A DNA stretch of 64,000 nt from NCBI GenBank assembly GCA_033442325.1, contig JAWQFM010000031.1, positions 129,898-193,897 of the forward strand. The letters run 5' to 3'. A program made the translations under genes and the position numbers. Source of the stretch: Salpingoeca rosetta (taxonomy: Eukaryota; Protista; Choanoflagellata). The stretch's first letter is position 1, and the number at the start of each line of letters is the position of its first letter. Shown piece after piece: positions 60,837 to 64,000 of the stretch. Under the pieces are notes generated by a model, which saw nothing but the letters and a program-made list of their open reading frames with translations, was not told the DNA's origin and searched no databases.

Positions 60837-62392
60837 CTACACGAGCCAGCGCACGACAACGTATGCAGCAAAGGCCGTGATGAGTTCAAGCGCACGCGCG
60901 CCGTAAGTGCCACCATGGTTCACGCTGCCAAACATTCGCGTGAGGAAGGCAGGCGCAGCCATGTGCGCGGCCGACGTGTCGAGTGGTGTGTCCATCGTCG
61001 TATGCAGCGGTATGATTGTGCTGATGGTGGAACTTGGGTAGTCACACTGCCGCGTGATGTGCACGGTGTACGTTGCCGAATCGCCATTTCTCTCGTACAC
61101 GTGCAAGAGGTAGTGTGCCTCTGGCCCGTGGTTGGAGTGGAACACGCGCTCAACGCCACCTGTGCCCGTGCTCCTGTCAGCCACGCGCCCGTCAGGGTCG
61201 TACAGCACAACGTCGATGTTGCCGTCCGTCGACGAGAACGAAACGTCAACGGATATGTCGCTGCCGGCGCACACGGGAATGCGGAACCAGTCCTGGTCGT
61301 CGGAGCACAGCCACGCGCTGAAGGTGTTGACCGGTGGGGCAAGGTCGTATGCACTCGAGGGGGCGTCGTTCAGCTCAAAGCGGTCGTACGCGCAAAACCC
61401 GTTCATGGAGGAGTCATACACGTGGAGGGAGTAGTTGCCCTGCGAGTCGGCCACGCCCCTCACAAGCACGTAGCACAGGCTGTCGTGGCCAGTCTGGTCC
61501 GTGTACTGCACGCCCTCCTGCCTGGTGACGGTGGCGCTTTCGTCCACAAGCATGCCGTCCGGGGTGAAGAACAGCAGGTCCAGATCACCGCGCATTACAT
61601 CAATGTACATGATGATCATGATGGTGGAGTGCGCAGCAACGGGCACGCGGTACCAGTCGAGGTCCCGTGCACAGATGGTGCCGCGCACACCACCGGGCTG
61701 TGGTGACGTCAGCTCCGATGTCAGATCGTACGCTTGCTCGTGCACGTCGTTGTCCTCGTACTTGTCGGGTGCACACGGCTCCCTGCTGCGTGGTGGCGGG
61801 TCTGGGCCCACGCGCGTGAGTGTTGGCGGTGCGCGTGTTGACGGTGGTGGTCCAGTGGACACGCTGCCCGTGAGTCGGTACTGGCCAATGGAGCCGTAGT
61901 CGCTGTTGAAGACCGCCACGTCGCCCACGCCGTCAACCTCGAGGAAGTAAACGCCTGCAGGCAACGCCGTTCGCGAGATGGAGGCCGAGGTGTCGCCGGA
62001 GGGGTTGCTGCGCACCACCATGCTCCGCCCGTCGCTGGCGTACATGGTGAGCTTGAGGTCCACGTTGTTTCCTGCCGAGCCCTCGCTGGCAAACCATGGT
62101 ATGACCGTTGCCTCGATGCTGCCCGTGTCCGTCAGCTGCACCACCCACCAGTCCTTGTCCACGTGGCTGGAGATGACGCCGTCAGCAAAGAACGCGTTGC
62201 TGTCCGTGTACACCACAGAGGCCGCCGTTCCCGGGCCGTCACCCGCCTCGTCCATCGCTAAACCGGTCTGACGTGTAATGATGTCGATGTCGTCCTGCGA
62301 GTTTGTTGCGCCGGCGTAGTTTCCTCGCGACCACTGCGTCAACGCACGGCCGTCTGTTCGGGGTGATGGTTTGGGTGAGAGAAAGTTCATCG

Positions 62393-62436
<44 letters not shown>

Positions 62437-64000
62437 GTGTGTGTGTCGTGTGTGTGTGTGTGTCGTGTGTGTGTGTGTGTCTTGTGTGTGTGTCGTGTGT
62501 GTGTGTCTTTGTTTGTGCTGTTCATGAGGGGTGCTGAGAGATGCAGCAGTGAGGAAACTTACATGGTGCGCCCATGATGGGTCCTGTGGCCAAAAGAGAG
62601 AAGGGAGAAGGGAGAAGGGAGAAGGGACAAACACAAACACATACACACGCAAGAGAGCGACAAAACGGTGAGCAGAGTACAATGGACATGGGAGCACGCG
62701 CACATGATACAACACCAACATGAGCACAACAAACACACAGCGTGCAGCTTTAAAAACGCGTGTCCAATTTCACTTCCGACAACAATACCCAACGAGCACA
62801 CCCGCCACAACCACTGCAAGTGCATTCACTCACCCCATGAGTTCATGGCTGTGGTGCCATCCATCCCATCGTAGTACTCGTTGTTGCCAAACCCATCGTG
62901 TCCAAGCCCGCTGTGTTGGTGAAGGTTGTGTGACCGGAGAGAAGCATGTACGTGCGAAAGTGGGTGAGAGTGAGACAATGTGCGTATGCGTGGATGGGTA
63001 TGTCAACGTGCATGGAGAACAAGCGTGTGTGTACGTGCGTAGAAAAGTGTACAAACGAGCACATACCACCCCCCACTGCAAACGTGTCATCGCAACGCAC
63101 ACGTGCACTTCACTCACAAGTTGTGGCCAGCCTTCATGATCGTTGGACAAAGGATTCACAAGCACATCAACGGATACAAAGGGGAGAGGGTGGTAATGTG
63201 GGTGAGCTCATGTTGCATCAAGATGATTCAAAACAGGTCGTCATCTTCACTTGATACCATGTACAAAGGCCAGCAGTAAGGCGCGACACACACACACATG
63301 CACGCACACATGCACGCACACAGCACACACACATGCACACTGCGTGCACAAGCGATGCTTGCACCTCATGTGAGATGGCGTCGGCGACGTGGCTTTCCGA
63401 TCCAAAGTTGAGGTTGTCCCAATACACTGCAGTGCACACGACGAACGAGGTTGGGGGAGGGTAAGACAATAAAACAAACGCGAACACGTCCACACACCCA
63501 CGCACGCACACATACACACCCACGCACGCATACACGCACATGTCCACACACACACACACGCATGCGCACGCAGGAAGAGCGTATTTCCGCAAGTGAGCAG
63601 GAAGCAGAAGAGATGACTGGGGATGCTTGTGTGTTTGTACGTGTACATATATGCAGTTTGGTGCACACACTCTAACCAACACTACCATGACACGAACGCC
63701 TGCCGTCAACACCAACACCATGAACACAAGCTGCAGCGATGAACGGCGTGTTCATACCGAGCGCTGGCGAATAGTACGCGATGGAGGGGGAACCAAACAC
63801 GCCAATCACAGCAACGCCTGCGGTGTGCAAGGGACAGTTGAGTCAATCAGCATGAGGTCATGACAAGCGCATGTTTGTATGTGTGCGTGAGTGTGTGTGC
63901 TCATCTTGCACTTCACTGTGCAGTACCAAATGCTCAATTTGTGTTCGCACTCAAGAGCAAAAGCGCACACACACACGCACGCACGCACGCACGCACACAC
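60837..64000 (-). CDS. Secreted or surface zinc metalloprotease (HExxHxxGxxH metzincin) with PPC-like domains, 5'-partial; exons seen 63817-63758, 63426-63365, 63131-63118, 62910-~62834, 62583-62563, 62353-60837
   Basis: Spliced product GVAVIGVF...YSPALVYWDNL...AISHEAGHNFGLGHDG...WGPIMGAPYGRALTQWSRGNYAGATNSQDD; then PPC-like units (DKYEDND...GTICARDLDWYRV; DRFELND...LCSDDQDWFRI); hydrophobic C-terminus. Confidence 0.85.

Overview
Intron-rich eukaryotic DNA with GT-AG introns full of (CA)n/(GT)n microsatellites and two 100-N assembly gaps. Gene content and style suggest a choanoflagellate, probably Salpingoeca rosetta or a relative (inference). I reconstructed 11 protein-coding genes by hand: HYDIN (3'-partial, including a >7.2 kb exon absent from the ORF track), an intronless secreted beta-propeller protein, an ARSB-like sulfatase, an NTE/PNPLA6-7 phospholipase, a HET/TIR-like-domain + TPR protein ending in a CaaX box, an intronless secreted fibrinogen/intelectin-like protein, a kinase-less TNFR-Cys receptor with a 19-tyrosine tail, DCAF11, a KIFC3-like kinesin-14, PDIA5, and a 5'-partial bacterial-type metzincin protease with PPC domains. 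Best leads: (i) a non-housekeeping block at 29.5-40 kb whose three genes resemble sensing/immune components; (ii) a shared N-terminal module resembling the cubilin trimerisation region, fused to two unrelated secreted head domains; (iii) splicing oddities, namely introns in three phases at the four PDIA5 WCGHC sites, micro-exons building a protease zinc site, and complementary GU/CA repeats at intron ends. No RNA genes, CRISPR arrays or recognisable transposons were seen. Family assignments rest on motif recognition from memory, not database searches.
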